From the NCBI RefSeq assembly GCF_049243625.1, contig NZ_CP046975.1: a stretch of DNA of 32,000 nucleotides. One strand, given 5' to 3'. Positions 17,937 through 26,772 of this stretch are shown here, piece by piece (position 1 is the stretch's first letter; each line of letters starts with the position of its first letter). The DNA comes from Corynebacterium amycolatum. GTDB taxonomy: Bacteria > Actinomycetota > Actinomycetes > Mycobacteriales > Mycobacteriaceae. Under the pieces are notes generated by a model. It ran no database searches. It was not told the origin of the DNA and saw nothing but the letters and a program-made list of their open reading frames with translations. A program made the translations under genes and the position numbers.

Positions 17937-19370
17937 CTAACGCGTCGCCCTCGGCATTCCTTCCGCAAAGCCCGCAGCGGATTGAATTCCCACCACTGCC
18001 CGCTCAGCGAACTGCTCGATGGTGGCCGAACCCGCGTATGTAAACGACGAACGTACACCCGAGATAATGCGATCGATCTGGTCTTCCACACCTTCGCGGC
18101 CGGGCTCCAGGTAGATTTTCGCAGTCGAGATGCCCTCTTCAAACATCTCACGCCGGGCCTTCTCAAAGGCCTCTACCTGCGCATTTCGGCTCTCCACCGC
18201 ACGGTGTGAAGCCATGCCAAAGGACTCCTTGAACATGCGCCCGTCGACGTCCTTCTGGACATCTCCTGGGGACTCGAAAGTGCCGGCAAACCACGAGCCA
18301 ATCATCACGTTGGACGCACCCGCAGCCAACGCAAGCGCAACATCGCGGGGATCCTTCACTCCACCGTCAGCCCAGATATGCACGCCGCATTCACGAGCAG
18401 CTGCAGCGCATTCGAGCACGGCGGAGAACTGTGGACGCCCAACACCGGTCTGCATTCGGGTTGTGCACATCGCACCCGGACCGACGCCGACCTTAATAAT
18501 GTCGGCTCCCGCCTCCGCTAGGTCGCGAACACCATCGGCGGTCACGACATTGCCAGCGGCAATTGGCACAGGCGGGTTGAGCGCGCGGACTCGTCGTAAA
18601 GCACGGAGCATCGATTCCTGATGACCGTGCGCGGTATCGACAACGAGCACGTCGACGCCTGCATCGAGCAGTGTCTTCGCGCGCCCTTCAACATCACCGT
18701 TGATGCCGAGCGCCGCACCGACGCGCAGCTTTCCCTCAGCGTCAACAGCGGGCTTGTAAAGCGTCGCACGCAGCGCGCCCTTACGCGTGAGAATACCCAC
18801 CAGCGCACCATCGGCGTCCACCACCGGAGCGAGCTTGCGCCCGGATGCAGTGAGCTGGTCGAAGGCGTCACGGGGCTCAATGTCAACCGGAAGCGTAAAT
18901 AGCGAAGTGGACATGAGCGTCCCCACCTGCGCAAAGTTGTCAACGCCCGCCAGATCACGGCCGGTGATCAGACCAACCGGTTTGTTGTCTTCCACCACCA
19001 CTGCCGCACCGTGCGCGCGCTTCGGCAGAAGATGGCGCGCATACCCCGCGGTGTGGTGAGGCTTGACGACGATCGGGGTGTCGAAAACCAGCCCAGCGGA
19101 CTGGACCTTGCGAATAGTCTCAGCGGCAATATCAGCTGGAACGTCCTGCGGCAGGATGGCAATTCCGCCTCGGCGGGCGGTGGTTTCGGCCATCCGGCGC
19201 CCGGAGATAGCCGTCATATTGGACACCACAATCGGAATGGTTGTGCCGGTGCCATCATTAGTGGACAAATCGACACCCATGCGAGAGCCGACGGATGACT
19301 TCGACGGCACCATGAACACATCGCTGTAGGTCAGCTCGTAGGGCACGGACTGATTGTTGAGGAATTTCAC
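17937..19370 (-). CDS. guaB1: GuaB1-type IMPDH-family protein with Bateman (CBS) insert (GMP-reductase-like)
   Basis: The catalytic loop is GVGPGAMCTTRMQTGVGRPQ. Blocks VVDTAHGHQ and IWADGGV are present. I chose the GTG at 19370 (VKFLNNQSVPYELTYSDVF) because it matches the usual N-terminus of this family. The track ORF extends to a TTG at 19481. Confidence 0.85.
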   Translation of the reverse strand: MKFLNNQSVPYELTYSDVFMVPSKSSVGSRMGVDLSTNDGTGTTIPIVVSNMTAISGRRMAETTARRGGIAILPQDVPADIAAETIRKVQSAGLVFDTPIVVKPHHTAGYARHLLPKRAHGAAVVVEDNKPVGLITGRDLAGVDNFAQVGTLMSTSLFTLPVDIEPRDAFDQLTASGRKLAPVVDADGALVGILTRKGALRATLYKPAVDAEGKLRVGAALGINGDVEGRAKTLLDAGVDVLVVDTAHGHQESMLRALRRVRALNPPVPIAAGNVVTADGVRDLAEAGADIIKVGVGPGAMCTTRMQTGVGRPQFSAVLECAAAARECGVHIWADGGVKDPRDVALALAAGASNVMIGSWFAGTFESPGDVQKDVDGRMFKESFGMASHRAVESRNAQVEAFEKARREMFEEGISTAKIYLEPGREGVEDQIDRIISGVRSSFTYAGSATIEQFAERAVVGIQSAAGFAEGMPRATR

Positions 19371-19522
19371 ATACCCCAGGATATGCTGATTTTTCCGGCG
19401 CGCACGGTGAGAGTGCACAGAGGTGAGCATCAGTGGCCGGCCTTGCCTGGTGTAGGTTCGAACGGGACTCCACTGACTCAACCGGGATTACCTTTCCCAG
19501 GAAAGATGCTTAGCAAAATCTG

Positions 19523-20773
19523 ATGAAAACGCCGATCAAAGATTACCTTTCCGAAATCGTCGAATCCGTCCGCCCCGATGAGTCTGGCGAGGTGGCGGAC
19601 TATATTCCCACCCTTGCTGAAGCTGATCCCGACCGCCTGGCACTAGCTATGACCACGGTGTCAGGCCGCACCAACACCGCGGGCGACACCGATACTGAAT
19701 TCACGATTCAGTCGATGTCCAAGCCCTTCGCTTATGCCGCAGCCATCACTGAGCACGGCAAAGACAAAATCGACAGTATTGTGGGCACCGAGCCTTCCGG
19801 TGAGGCCTTCAACGAATTGTCGTTGGAGCAAGGCACGCACCGACCAAAGAATCCGATGATTAACGTCGGCGCACTGGCGATCAACCAGTTCGTATGCCAG
19901 CCAGGTGCCAACTGGAAGACTCGCACCAAGCACATGGTGGAGCTTCTCTCAACTTTGGCTGGCCGCAAGCTCCGCGTTGACTACGACGCCTATGAAAGCG
20001 AAATGGACTCCGCGCATCGAAACATGTCCATCGCGCATATGCTGGCAGCTTACGGTTTTATCGAAACCACGCCCCACGATGCTGTCCGCGGCTACACCGC
20101 ACAGTGCTCCGTGCTGGTCAACACCCGCGATGTCGCCATGATGACCGCAGTGTTGGCCAACGGCGGCGTTAACCCGGTTACCAACCAGACTGTGCTCGGC
20201 CGCTCGGTTGTTCGCCGAGTCTTGTCCGTGATGGCTATTGCCGGCATGTACGACGAGGCCGGTGAATGGTTTACCGAAGTCGGAATTCCCGCCAAGAGCG
20301 GTGTCGCCGGCGGCTTGCTGGGCGCGCTGCCTGGACAGGCGGGTCTCGCAGCCTTTTCACCGCGATTGAACGACCACGGCAACAGCGTCCGCAGCATTGC
20401 CATCTTCCGGAAGCTCTCCGAAGATTTGGGCCTTCATCTCATGGATGCCGATGCGATTGGTTCGCGTGCGCTGCGCGGTACGCGCGTCAGCAATGGCCGC
20501 TCGATCATCGAGATTCAGGGGCCAGTCAACTTCACTGCGGCCGAGATTGTTCTCAACAGGTTGGCGACTTCCACACCGTCGGAAAGCGAAGTTGTCTTCG
20601 ACGTCAGCCGCGTTGGCGTTGTCAACCCGGTGGGGCGCACCTTGATTCTGGAAGCGATGCGACGTCTGAGCCACGAGGGCAAGGAGATCTTGTTCTACGA
20701 CCCGGAGGGCGTACTGCCGAACCCAGATATGGGCGAGGGGCTGCTGCCGGTCATCATCCAGGATGCGCCGTAA
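19523..20773 (+). CDS. glsA: Glutaminase A with C-terminal STAS-like extension
   Basis: The serine-lysine motif is QSMSKPF. Blocks NPMINVGA and PAKSGVAGG are present. A tail of about 110 aa (IIEIQGPVNFTAAEIV...ILFYDP) resembles STAS/anti-sigma-antagonist folds. Confidence 0.9.
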   Translation: MKTPIKDYLSEIVESVRPDESGEVADYIPTLAEADPDRLALAMTTVSGRTNTAGDTDTEFTIQSMSKPFAYAAAITEHGKDKIDSIVGTEPSGEAFNELSLEQGTHRPKNPMINVGALAINQFVCQPGANWKTRTKHMVELLSTLAGRKLRVDYDAYESEMDSAHRNMSIAHMLAAYGFIETTPHDAVRGYTAQCSVLVNTRDVAMMTAVLANGGVNPVTNQTVLGRSVVRRVLSVMAIAGMYDEAGEWFTEVGIPAKSGVAGGLLGALPGQAGLAAFSPRLNDHGNSVRSIAIFRKLSEDLGLHLMDADAIGSRALRGTRVSNGRSIIEIQGPVNFTAAEIVLNRLATSTPSESEVVFDVSRVGVVNPVGRTLILEAMRRLSHEGKEILFYDPEGVLPNPDMGEGLLPVIIQDAP

Positions 20774-20869
20774 ACTACGCTAACCGAAATCCAATATGGT
20801 GGTTCGGGTAGTCTTGAACAATCGTAACCCCCGAAAGACAGCAGCGCGATAACAACCGGAGGGATATAA

Positions 20870-21742
20870 ATGCAGGTCAGCGATGTAGCATTAGTCTTCG
20901 AGGGCGGAGGGACTCGCAATAGTTACACGGCACCTTTCGTCGAACGGCTACTTCGCGAGGACATCGATGTCGGTTGGGTCGGCGGGGTAAGCGCCGGTGC
21001 CTCTCACGTAGTCAATTACCTTTCCCGGGATATCCAGCGCTCCATAAATAGCTTCACTGACTTCATTGCACAGCCGGCCAGCAGCGGCTGGCGCCCAATG
21101 TTGCGCGGACGCGGCTATTTCGATGCCGAGTACATCTATGAAGACGCGGGGCTTCCCGACGGCGCCATGCCCCTGGATTACGAGACTTTTAAGAACAATC
21201 CAACTCCCTATCGGATTTCTGCTGTCCGAGCGGATACGGGCGAGACCATCAACTGGGGGCCGGACAATATCCCAGATCTACCCACGCTGATGAAGTACAC
21301 TCGCGCCAGTTCGACGATTCCGGGCGTCATGCGTATGCCCTATATTGATGGCGTTCCCTTCGTCGACGGTGCACTGGGATCATCAGGCGGTATCCCAATC
21401 GATGCCGCAGAAGCCGACGGCTTTAAGAAGTTCCTCATCGTTCTGACCCGTCCGAAGGGATTCCGCCGCACCGCCCCTAAGCGCCCACAGCTGCTGCGGC
21501 AGATTTTCCGCAGTAACCCGGTGGTGGCTGAGCTACTTATCACCAGGCACGAGCGCTACAACACCTCCCTCGATTGGGCTGCTGAGCTTGAACGAAAAGG
21601 CCAAGCATATGTTTTCTACGCAAATAATATGAGCATCACAAAGGCGGAGCGGAAGCGGTCGAAGCTGATACACAACTACGAGCTCGGCCGGGCGCAAGCC
21701 GATGCCGAATGGCCAGCAATTCTAGAGTTCATGGGCTTGTAG
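20870..21742 (+). CDS. Patatin-like phospholipase
   Basis: The start follows GGAGGG. The oxyanion motif is FEGGGTRN, the nucleophile elbow is GVSAGAS, and the catalytic Asp lies in VDGALG. Confidence 0.85.
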   Translation: MQVSDVALVFEGGGTRNSYTAPFVERLLREDIDVGWVGGVSAGASHVVNYLSRDIQRSINSFTDFIAQPASSGWRPMLRGRGYFDAEYIYEDAGLPDGAMPLDYETFKNNPTPYRISAVRADTGETINWGPDNIPDLPTLMKYTRASSTIPGVMRMPYIDGVPFVDGALGSSGGIPIDAAEADGFKKFLIVLTRPKGFRRTAPKRPQLLRQIFRSNPVVAELLITRHERYNTSLDWAAELERKGQAYVFYANNMSITKAERKRSKLIHNYELGRAQADAEWPAILEFMGL

Positions 21743-21768
21743 CTTCCGCCACCTTTAGGAAGCTTTTC
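21741..21768 (+). terminator. Terminator hairpin after the patatin gene
   Basis: A 7-bp stem AGCTTCC / GGAAGCT has a 10-nt loop and is followed by TTTTCGTT. It overlaps the stop codon. Confidence 0.55.
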
Positions 21769-21824
21769 GTTCATTCCTCTTTACTGCGTACGTAACCTTG
21801 TGTTAACCTTTGCGTAGCGAACAA

Positions 21825-21971
21825 CCTCGTTAGGTAAGGCTCCTATATCTACATAGGCCGCTGCCCTGCACTTTATCGAGAGTTTCGAAAGACTCCCGAG
21901 GCAAGGGTCCATCTGAAGTGGCCACCTTTAGTTACGGTATTACATTGCCAACACTCTTAGGCGAAGGAGCC
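21825..21971 (+). promoter_or_regulatory. M-box (ykoK-leader, Mg2+-sensing) riboswitch candidate
   Basis: CTCGTTAGGTAAGGCTCCTATAT...GGCCGCTGCCC...GGCAAGGGTCC...GTTACGG...GGCGAAGGAGCC matches the conserved M-box blocks as I remember them from the B. subtilis mgtE leader (TCGTTAGGTGAGGCTCCTGTAT, CTGCCC, distal AAGG, closing GAGCC). It lies in a 296-nt 5' gap before a MgtE-like CBS gene. Confidence 0.7.
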
Positions 21972-22038
21972 ATAATTTTTCAATCAACAGAAATTCCCTC
22001 CTAGCAAAGGAGCTGGGATACCTGGAAAAGGATCCACA

Positions 22039-22563
22039 ATGACACAGACACAGAACACCATCGCCAACTTCTTCAAGCCGAAATCTTCAATCAGCCCGTA
22101 CAGCCTCCTGCCTGACACCGTAAGCATGCACATGACGGATTCTTACATTGCGCTGCCGGAGGACATCACTGTCGGTGAGGCACTGAGCACCTACGCAGCT
22201 GAATTTGCTCGTCTCGATGACGATACCTGTGTCTTCCTCGTCGACGATGAAGGCTACCTGACCAGCGACATTACGCTGAAGGAACTCCGCGAATACGCCG
22301 ACCGCGATGCCTATATGAACACCGTCGGCGCTCCTGTGAAGGTCTTCGTCAAGCCCGAGGATCCAGCTGCCATCAGGGCTCGCCAGCTTATCGACGGGCG
22401 TCGCAGCGAGTTGCCCGTCGTCAGCAGCGGCAAGCTGGTAGGGGTTCTTACCGACCGCATCTCTGAGCGTATTCTTGGCAGGACTAAGGCAGCTAAGAAG
22501 GCAAAGAAGTCTAAGGGATTCTTCTCACCGATTACCGCGTTTTTCGGTGCCGCCAATAACTAG
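22039..22563 (+). CDS. CBS-pair protein resembling the cytoplasmic sensor module of MgtE, without a channel domain
   Basis: CBS-pair pattern is present (VFLVDDEGYLTSDITLKEL; ELPVVSSGKLVGVLTDRI). A Lys-rich tail (KAAKKAKKSK) and a short hydrophobic end (GFFSPITAFFGAANN) follow. There are no TM helices. Confidence 0.75.
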   Translation: MTQTQNTIANFFKPKSSISPYSLLPDTVSMHMTDSYIALPEDITVGEALSTYAAEFARLDDDTCVFLVDDEGYLTSDITLKELREYADRDAYMNTVGAPVKVFVKPEDPAAIRARQLIDGRRSELPVVSSGKLVGVLTDRISERILGRTKAAKKAKKSKGFFSPITAFFGAANN

Positions 22564-22600
22564 AGCGACTGGCTTGGGATGGTAACCCGAGTAACTCGAA

Positions 22601-22637
22601 AGGCCAGCTAGCGTTTGCTAGCTGGCCTATTCTTGTT
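22601..22637 (+). terminator. Strong rho-independent terminator after the CBS gene
   Basis: A 12-bp perfect stem AGGCCAGCTAGC / GCTAGCTGGCCT has a GTTT loop and is followed by ATTCTTGTT. Confidence 0.8.
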
Positions 22638-22652
22638 GACACACTGTTTTAT

Positions 22653-22659
22653 CCCCCCC
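22653..22659. repeat. C7 homopolymer between the terminator/TTGACA hexamer and the MFS Shine-Dalgarno
   Basis: ATCCCCCCCACAGGAG. TTGACA lies at 22635-22640 just upstream. Confidence 0.9.
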
Positions 22660-22688
22660 ACAGGAGAGAAGTCGACAGGAGGCAGATC

Positions 22689-23861
22689 GTGGCACGAGAC
22701 TGGATTCGGGTAGCCCTGGGCATGTTCGCTGTTGCATTTGGCGCCAACCTCTTTGCCCCACTCCTGCCCGCGTATCGAATAACCGATGCTCTCAACCAGT
22801 CCCAGGTCACCTTTCTCTTCGCCATCTACGTCGCAGGGCTCATCCCGGCGCTACTCGTCTGCGGCCCACTTTCCGACCGGCTCGGCCGTCGCGCCATCAT
22901 CCGGCCCGCACTCATAACCTCTGCCGCCGGCTCCGTCGTCCTACCCACCGGCGTCTGGTTCCACTTCCCATCACTGCTGATAGGACGCCTTGTCGTCGGC
23001 ATTTCGATGGGTATGGTAATGGCCGCCGGCGCCTCGTGGATCAAAGAGATTGCGCCCGTCGCACCTCAAATTTCCGCCCGGCGCGCAACCGTTGCGCTCT
23101 CCGCCGGGTTCTCCCTCGGTCCCCTGGCTTCCGGGTTGGTCGCGGAGTTTGCTCCCCGTCCCGACGTCATCCCCTATCTTGTTCATCTCGCGCTGCTGCT
23201 TAGCATCGCACCATTGACATGGAACGCCTCCGGCGGACTGCCAACCTCAGCGCCCAGCGACACCCCGCAACGGTTCTTCTCCTCTGCCACCCTAAGCCCG
23301 AGATTCCTGTGGGCAGTCGCCGCTTGGGCACCGTGGGTCTTCGGTGCCGCGTGCACATCGTTCGTCGTCCTTCCGACAATCGCCGAATCCAGCTACCCCA
23401 TTGCCTTTGCCGGACTCATCGCCTGCATCACGATGGGCACCGGCGTTCTGGTGCAACCACTGGTCACTCGAATCAGTTCCAGCAGCTTTATCCCGCCAGC
23501 TATTTTCGGTCTTGGCTTAACGACGGTCGGAATGCTGCTCAGCCTCATCGTCGCACTCACCCAGAACGTGTGGAGCGTTTTCCCCGCCGCTCTGACCCTC
23601 GGTGCCGCGTACGGCGTAATGATGGTCTCCGGCCTCCGCGAAGTGCAAATTATCGCACCGCCAGCCGAGTTGGGCGCTGCCACCGCTATCTACTATTCGC
23701 TGACCTATGTTGGTTTCTTCGCTCCTTTTGTTATTTCTTTCGCAGCGCCGAAATTCGGGTTTGTGCCCGTTTTCATCTTCGGTGCGATTATTGCATTGGT
23801 ATCCATGTATCCCGTGGCAAAGGTTGCGCAGTCTGCGGTGAGGTCCGACGGAGCATCGTAA
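22689..23861 (+). CDS. MFS transporter (12-TM type)
   Basis: GTG start sits 6 nt after AGGAGG. MFS motif A is GPLSDRLGRR. The protein is hydrophobic throughout. Confidence 0.85.
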   Translation: MARDWIRVALGMFAVAFGANLFAPLLPAYRITDALNQSQVTFLFAIYVAGLIPALLVCGPLSDRLGRRAIIRPALITSAAGSVVLPTGVWFHFPSLLIGRLVVGISMGMVMAAGASWIKEIAPVAPQISARRATVALSAGFSLGPLASGLVAEFAPRPDVIPYLVHLALLLSIAPLTWNASGGLPTSAPSDTPQRFFSSATLSPRFLWAVAAWAPWVFGAACTSFVVLPTIAESSYPIAFAGLIACITMGTGVLVQPLVTRISSSSFIPPAIFGLGLTTVGMLLSLIVALTQNVWSVFPAALTLGAAYGVMMVSGLREVQIIAPPAELGAATAIYYSLTYVGFFAPFVISFAAPKFGFVPVFIFGAIIALVSMYPVAKVAQSAVRSDGAS

Positions 23862-24007
23862 AGCAGACGCGACTGAAATTCTTGTTTTTGGGAAGCGTGC
23901 TGAGACGAGCTCTTGTATTCTTTCTTTCACAAAAGCTTGGCTCCGGCCCAGGGCTCCTGGGCGGGTTGCATAGGTTGTTGAAATTCAGCTCGATGGAATG
24001 AGGAATC

Positions 24008-24892
24008 ATGAAGCAGCGCAGCTCTGGAATGTGGAAGAAAATTGCGGCAACCGTTGTCGCAGGTTGTACAAGCGCCGCCCTGCTCACCGCATGTGGCTCG
24101 GGGGAAGAAAGCAGCAATGCCGGTGGTGAGGCAGGCAAAGAGTCGACCAGCAAGATGACGAAAGCAGATGGGTCAGCTCCTGCTGCAGCCGAGGATCAGC
24201 TCCTGCTCACAAATGAAGTTCAAGGGGCGGACTTCTCCGGAAACAAGATCACCGGGTTCAAAGATGCCATGGAGATGTTTTCGGAAGATTCCATGAAGTT
24301 TGAACCGGCCGAATGCGCCACTTTCACCAACTCAACTGAGGAATTGGAGAATGCTGCCGGCGCTTACACGGACATTAAGGAAGAGAACGTCACTGTCAGC
24401 GTCTCGATATTGAAGAATCCTGAGGCGTACCAAAAGTACGAGGACAGCCTCGAAAAGTGCTCCGACGTGACGGCTACGATGGATGCTTCCGACATTCTGA
24501 AAGACTCCATGGAAGGTCAGGAGATTTCTCCTGAGATGCAGGACATGTTCAATGACATGGACATGACGACCACAATGAAACTGCACCGAGAAAAGTGGGA
24601 GCCAAATCTTTCCGTCAAGCCAGCTGAGTTCACTGCACACGAGACCAGTGCGAACATCAACGCCGGTGGCACGGATACTACGGCCACCAGCTACGACATT
24701 GTCGGGATCGTCAATGGCGTAATGGTAATGGTGTCCGCCGCCCCGACTCCGGATGTACCAACTGGCAACATGGAAAACACGACGGATCCCATGCAGATTC
24801 CAGAGGCAGCTCCGGAGTCTAAGGAAGCAGCAAAGAAGCGCGCCTTGGAGGTCTTCGATGCCCAGGCAAAGAAGATTATGGATGCTGCTTAG
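24008..24892 (+). CDS. Acidic, Met-rich lipoprotein of unknown function
   Basis: The signal and lipobox are AALLTACGS. Met clusters occur in the mature part (EMQDMFNDMDMTTTM, AMEMFSEDSM, GVMVMV). Confidence 0.7.
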   Translation: MKQRSSGMWKKIAATVVAGCTSAALLTACGSGEESSNAGGEAGKESTSKMTKADGSAPAAAEDQLLLTNEVQGADFSGNKITGFKDAMEMFSEDSMKFEPAECATFTNSTEELENAAGAYTDIKEENVTVSVSILKNPEAYQKYEDSLEKCSDVTATMDASDILKDSMEGQEISPEMQDMFNDMDMTTTMKLHREKWEPNLSVKPAEFTAHETSANINAGGTDTTATSYDIVGIVNGVMVMVSAAPTPDVPTGNMENTTDPMQIPEAAPESKEAAKKRALEVFDAQAKKIMDAA

Positions 24893-24990
24893 TTTTTCTT
24901 CTTAGCCTACTGTTTTCTGAAACCACAGTTTTTGCGAAATAGCGGGACGCAATCGCTGAGGAACAGCAGCACACAAGTACTGGAGTCTCC

Positions 24991-25485
24991 CTAGAACTCC
25001 GTTAATTCCTGCACTTTGGGACTCCAGAACGCAGCTCGTGGCGCGTTGAGAGTTTTAAGGTGCGGGTTCGTTATTTCGTCAAGTGCGCGCACGTAGTCCG
25101 GCACAATATCCCGCGGAATTCTCAGGCCCATGGTCAGGTGCGGAATCCAACGGGAGCCACGCCCATCAGGATTGAGACGGCTGATTTCGCGGACGGCCTC
25201 TTCCAGCTCATCGCTGGTTTCCAGCAACCAGGCAACAGTCTGCTTACTCTTGGTGCCGAAGATGACCGTTCCCACTCTGCGAAACTCCGCTGGCATAAGC
25301 GGTGGGAGAATTTCGGCTGCTCGTTGAATTACCGCTGGGCGCATGGTCGGCGCGAAGGTGCCTGTGATGTGCGGCTTCTGATTCTGCTGCGGAAAGCCAC
25401 TCTCTGCGAGTTGCGCAAAGATTTCTCTTACTTGCGCCTCTTGCTCAGGCAGAAGGTACATCAGGATGTTGTCGGGTGACACCAT
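24991..25485 (-). CDS. 2H-phosphoesterase superfamily protein (LigT / 2'-5' RNA-ligase-like)
   Basis: Two H-x-T motifs are present (PHITGTF and PHLTMGL) with the appropriate spacing. The start follows GGAGGAG. Confidence 0.7.
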   Translation of the reverse strand: MVSPDNILMYLLPEQEAQVREIFAQLAESGFPQQNQKPHITGTFAPTMRPAVIQRAAEILPPLMPAEFRRVGTVIFGTKSKQTVAWLLETSDELEEAVREISRLNPDGRGSRWIPHLTMGLRIPRDIVPDYVRALDEITNPHLKTLNAPRAAFWSPKVQELTEF

Positions 25486-25691
25486 GTGACGTTTACTCCT
25501 CCCCTATTGCTGTCGGTCGACCCACTTGAAGCACTGACGAAGAGCGCCATTACTAGAGCTCTTCACCTAAGGCACTCAGGACCTTGCACTCCAGAGCATA
25601 GCGTAAGGATTTTCCACAATTTATAACCTACCTATAGGAATTTCTAGCCTCTTATTATTTCTCCTGTTAAAAACACCTTTTTATTGGGATA

Positions 25692-26132
25692 ATGGGGATG
25701 GGCAGGATTCCTGAAAGCTCTCTAGACCATCTTCAAAGACAGTGTGGAGTGACGGCCAATTCTCCACGCTGCACAAATACCGACACGGCTGGAAAGGTAA
25801 GTAAAGACACGGCACCGAAACCTAAAAAGACTACGCCCCCGAAGAATCAAAAGCTGGTGAAGAGCAAGACAAGCTTCAGTCGCGACGAGCTCGCTGGTTT
25901 GCTGGAGACGCTGGCAGCTCGCATCCGCGCCGGGGAAATGACTCTCGGCACTGGCGAGTCCGCGGTGACGATGACTATGCCGACATCGTTTAATACCACG
26001 ATAGAAGTCGTCGATTCCCGAAAGCGTACCGGCATCGAGCGCGGGCTAGAGCTGGAAATTGACTGGATGGTCGACGAGGCTGGCGAGCCCGTCGAAAAGC
26101 CAGAACCAGCATCTGGCTTCGCAATCTCCTAG
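25692..26132 (+). CDS. Amphi-Trp-domain protein with basic Lys/Pro-rich N-terminal extension
   Basis: The C-terminal part, LAGLLETLAARIRAGEMTLGTGE...LELEIDWMVDE, resembles the amphi-Trp domain as I recall it. The start codon is uncertain (no clear SD, AT-rich upstream). Confidence 0.55.
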   Translation: MGMGRIPESSLDHLQRQCGVTANSPRCTNTDTAGKVSKDTAPKPKKTTPPKNQKLVKSKTSFSRDELAGLLETLAARIRAGEMTLGTGESAVTMTMPTSFNTTIEVVDSRKRTGIERGLELEIDWMVDEAGEPVEKPEPASGFAIS

Positions 26133-26423
26133 CGGGCTTGTTGCTGTCCAATCTGTCGCACAATGAACTCCTGCACGCCGAGGAGCGCCCGTCGCCGACA
26201 CAACTCACTACCGCTCGCCATTTCCGCAGGTCACAGCGAACAGATCTGAGTCGTTTTGGTCGATTTTGCGTCCTTTGGCCGTCAATTACCGCTGCGACAC
26301 TGGCCGACAAGCAAGCCGTCGTCAAGCAACACCCAATTACACCCGCCAGGCACCCACGCCTCCCCACATTGCATGAGGTGACGCTAACCTAATTCGGGAA
26401 AATTCGCGACGAAGGGAACGCGC

Positions 26424-26732
26424 ATGGCCAACGGCAAGAAAGGCCACAAGGGCAAGAAGAAGGACTCCGCCAAAGCCAAGAAAAAGGCTGCGGCAACGAC
26501 CTCGCTACGTCTGCCCGAATACTCGAAGGCCGAGGCCAAAGCCGCGAAAAAGCTCGCCGGCAAGGACCCCTTTAAACTGGCTGCGATGACGCCGAAGAAG
26601 AAGTGCTGTAAATCCGGCATCCGCTGCCTGCGCTGCCCTGTGGTGCTACACAAGCTCAATCGCGAGATCAAAAACGGCGAAGTCGACCATGCCACCCTGC
26701 TGCTCGTCGCCGCGAAAGCCCGGATCCGGTAG
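26424..26732 (+). CDS. Small Lys/Ala-rich protein with C-terminal CC-x5-C-x2-C motif, unknown function
   Basis: ATG sits 6 nt after GAAGGGA. The N-terminal half is KKGHKGKKKDSAKAKKKAAA...AEAKAAKKLAGK. It is followed by KKKCCKSGIRCLRCPVV. Confidence 0.6.
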   Translation: MANGKKGHKGKKKDSAKAKKKAAATTSLRLPEYSKAEAKAAKKLAGKDPFKLAAMTPKKKCCKSGIRCLRCPVVLHKLNREIKNGEVDHATLLLVAAKARIR

Positions 26733-26742
26733 CCGGCCCTCG

Positions 26743-26751
26743 CCCCCCCCC
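26743..26751. repeat. C9 homopolymer tract
   Basis: Nine consecutive C residues lie 10 nt after the stop of the Lys-rich gene. Confidence 0.95.
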
Positions 26752-26772
26752 AGCCCGCCGTCGGGCCGTCCC

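Noticed and set aside
26138-26392. 84-aa plus-strand ORF between the amphi-Trp and Lys-rich genes
   Set aside because: It has a TTG start without an SD and no recognisable motif. Codon bias decays along the frame. I left the 290-bp gap unannotated.
26689-26772. Pro/Ser-rich N-terminal part of ORF 26689-26925
   Set aside because: It overlaps the end of the Lys-rich gene and runs through the C9 tract. It is a low-complexity artefact. Only the distal EamA-like part was kept, as a low-confidence remnant.
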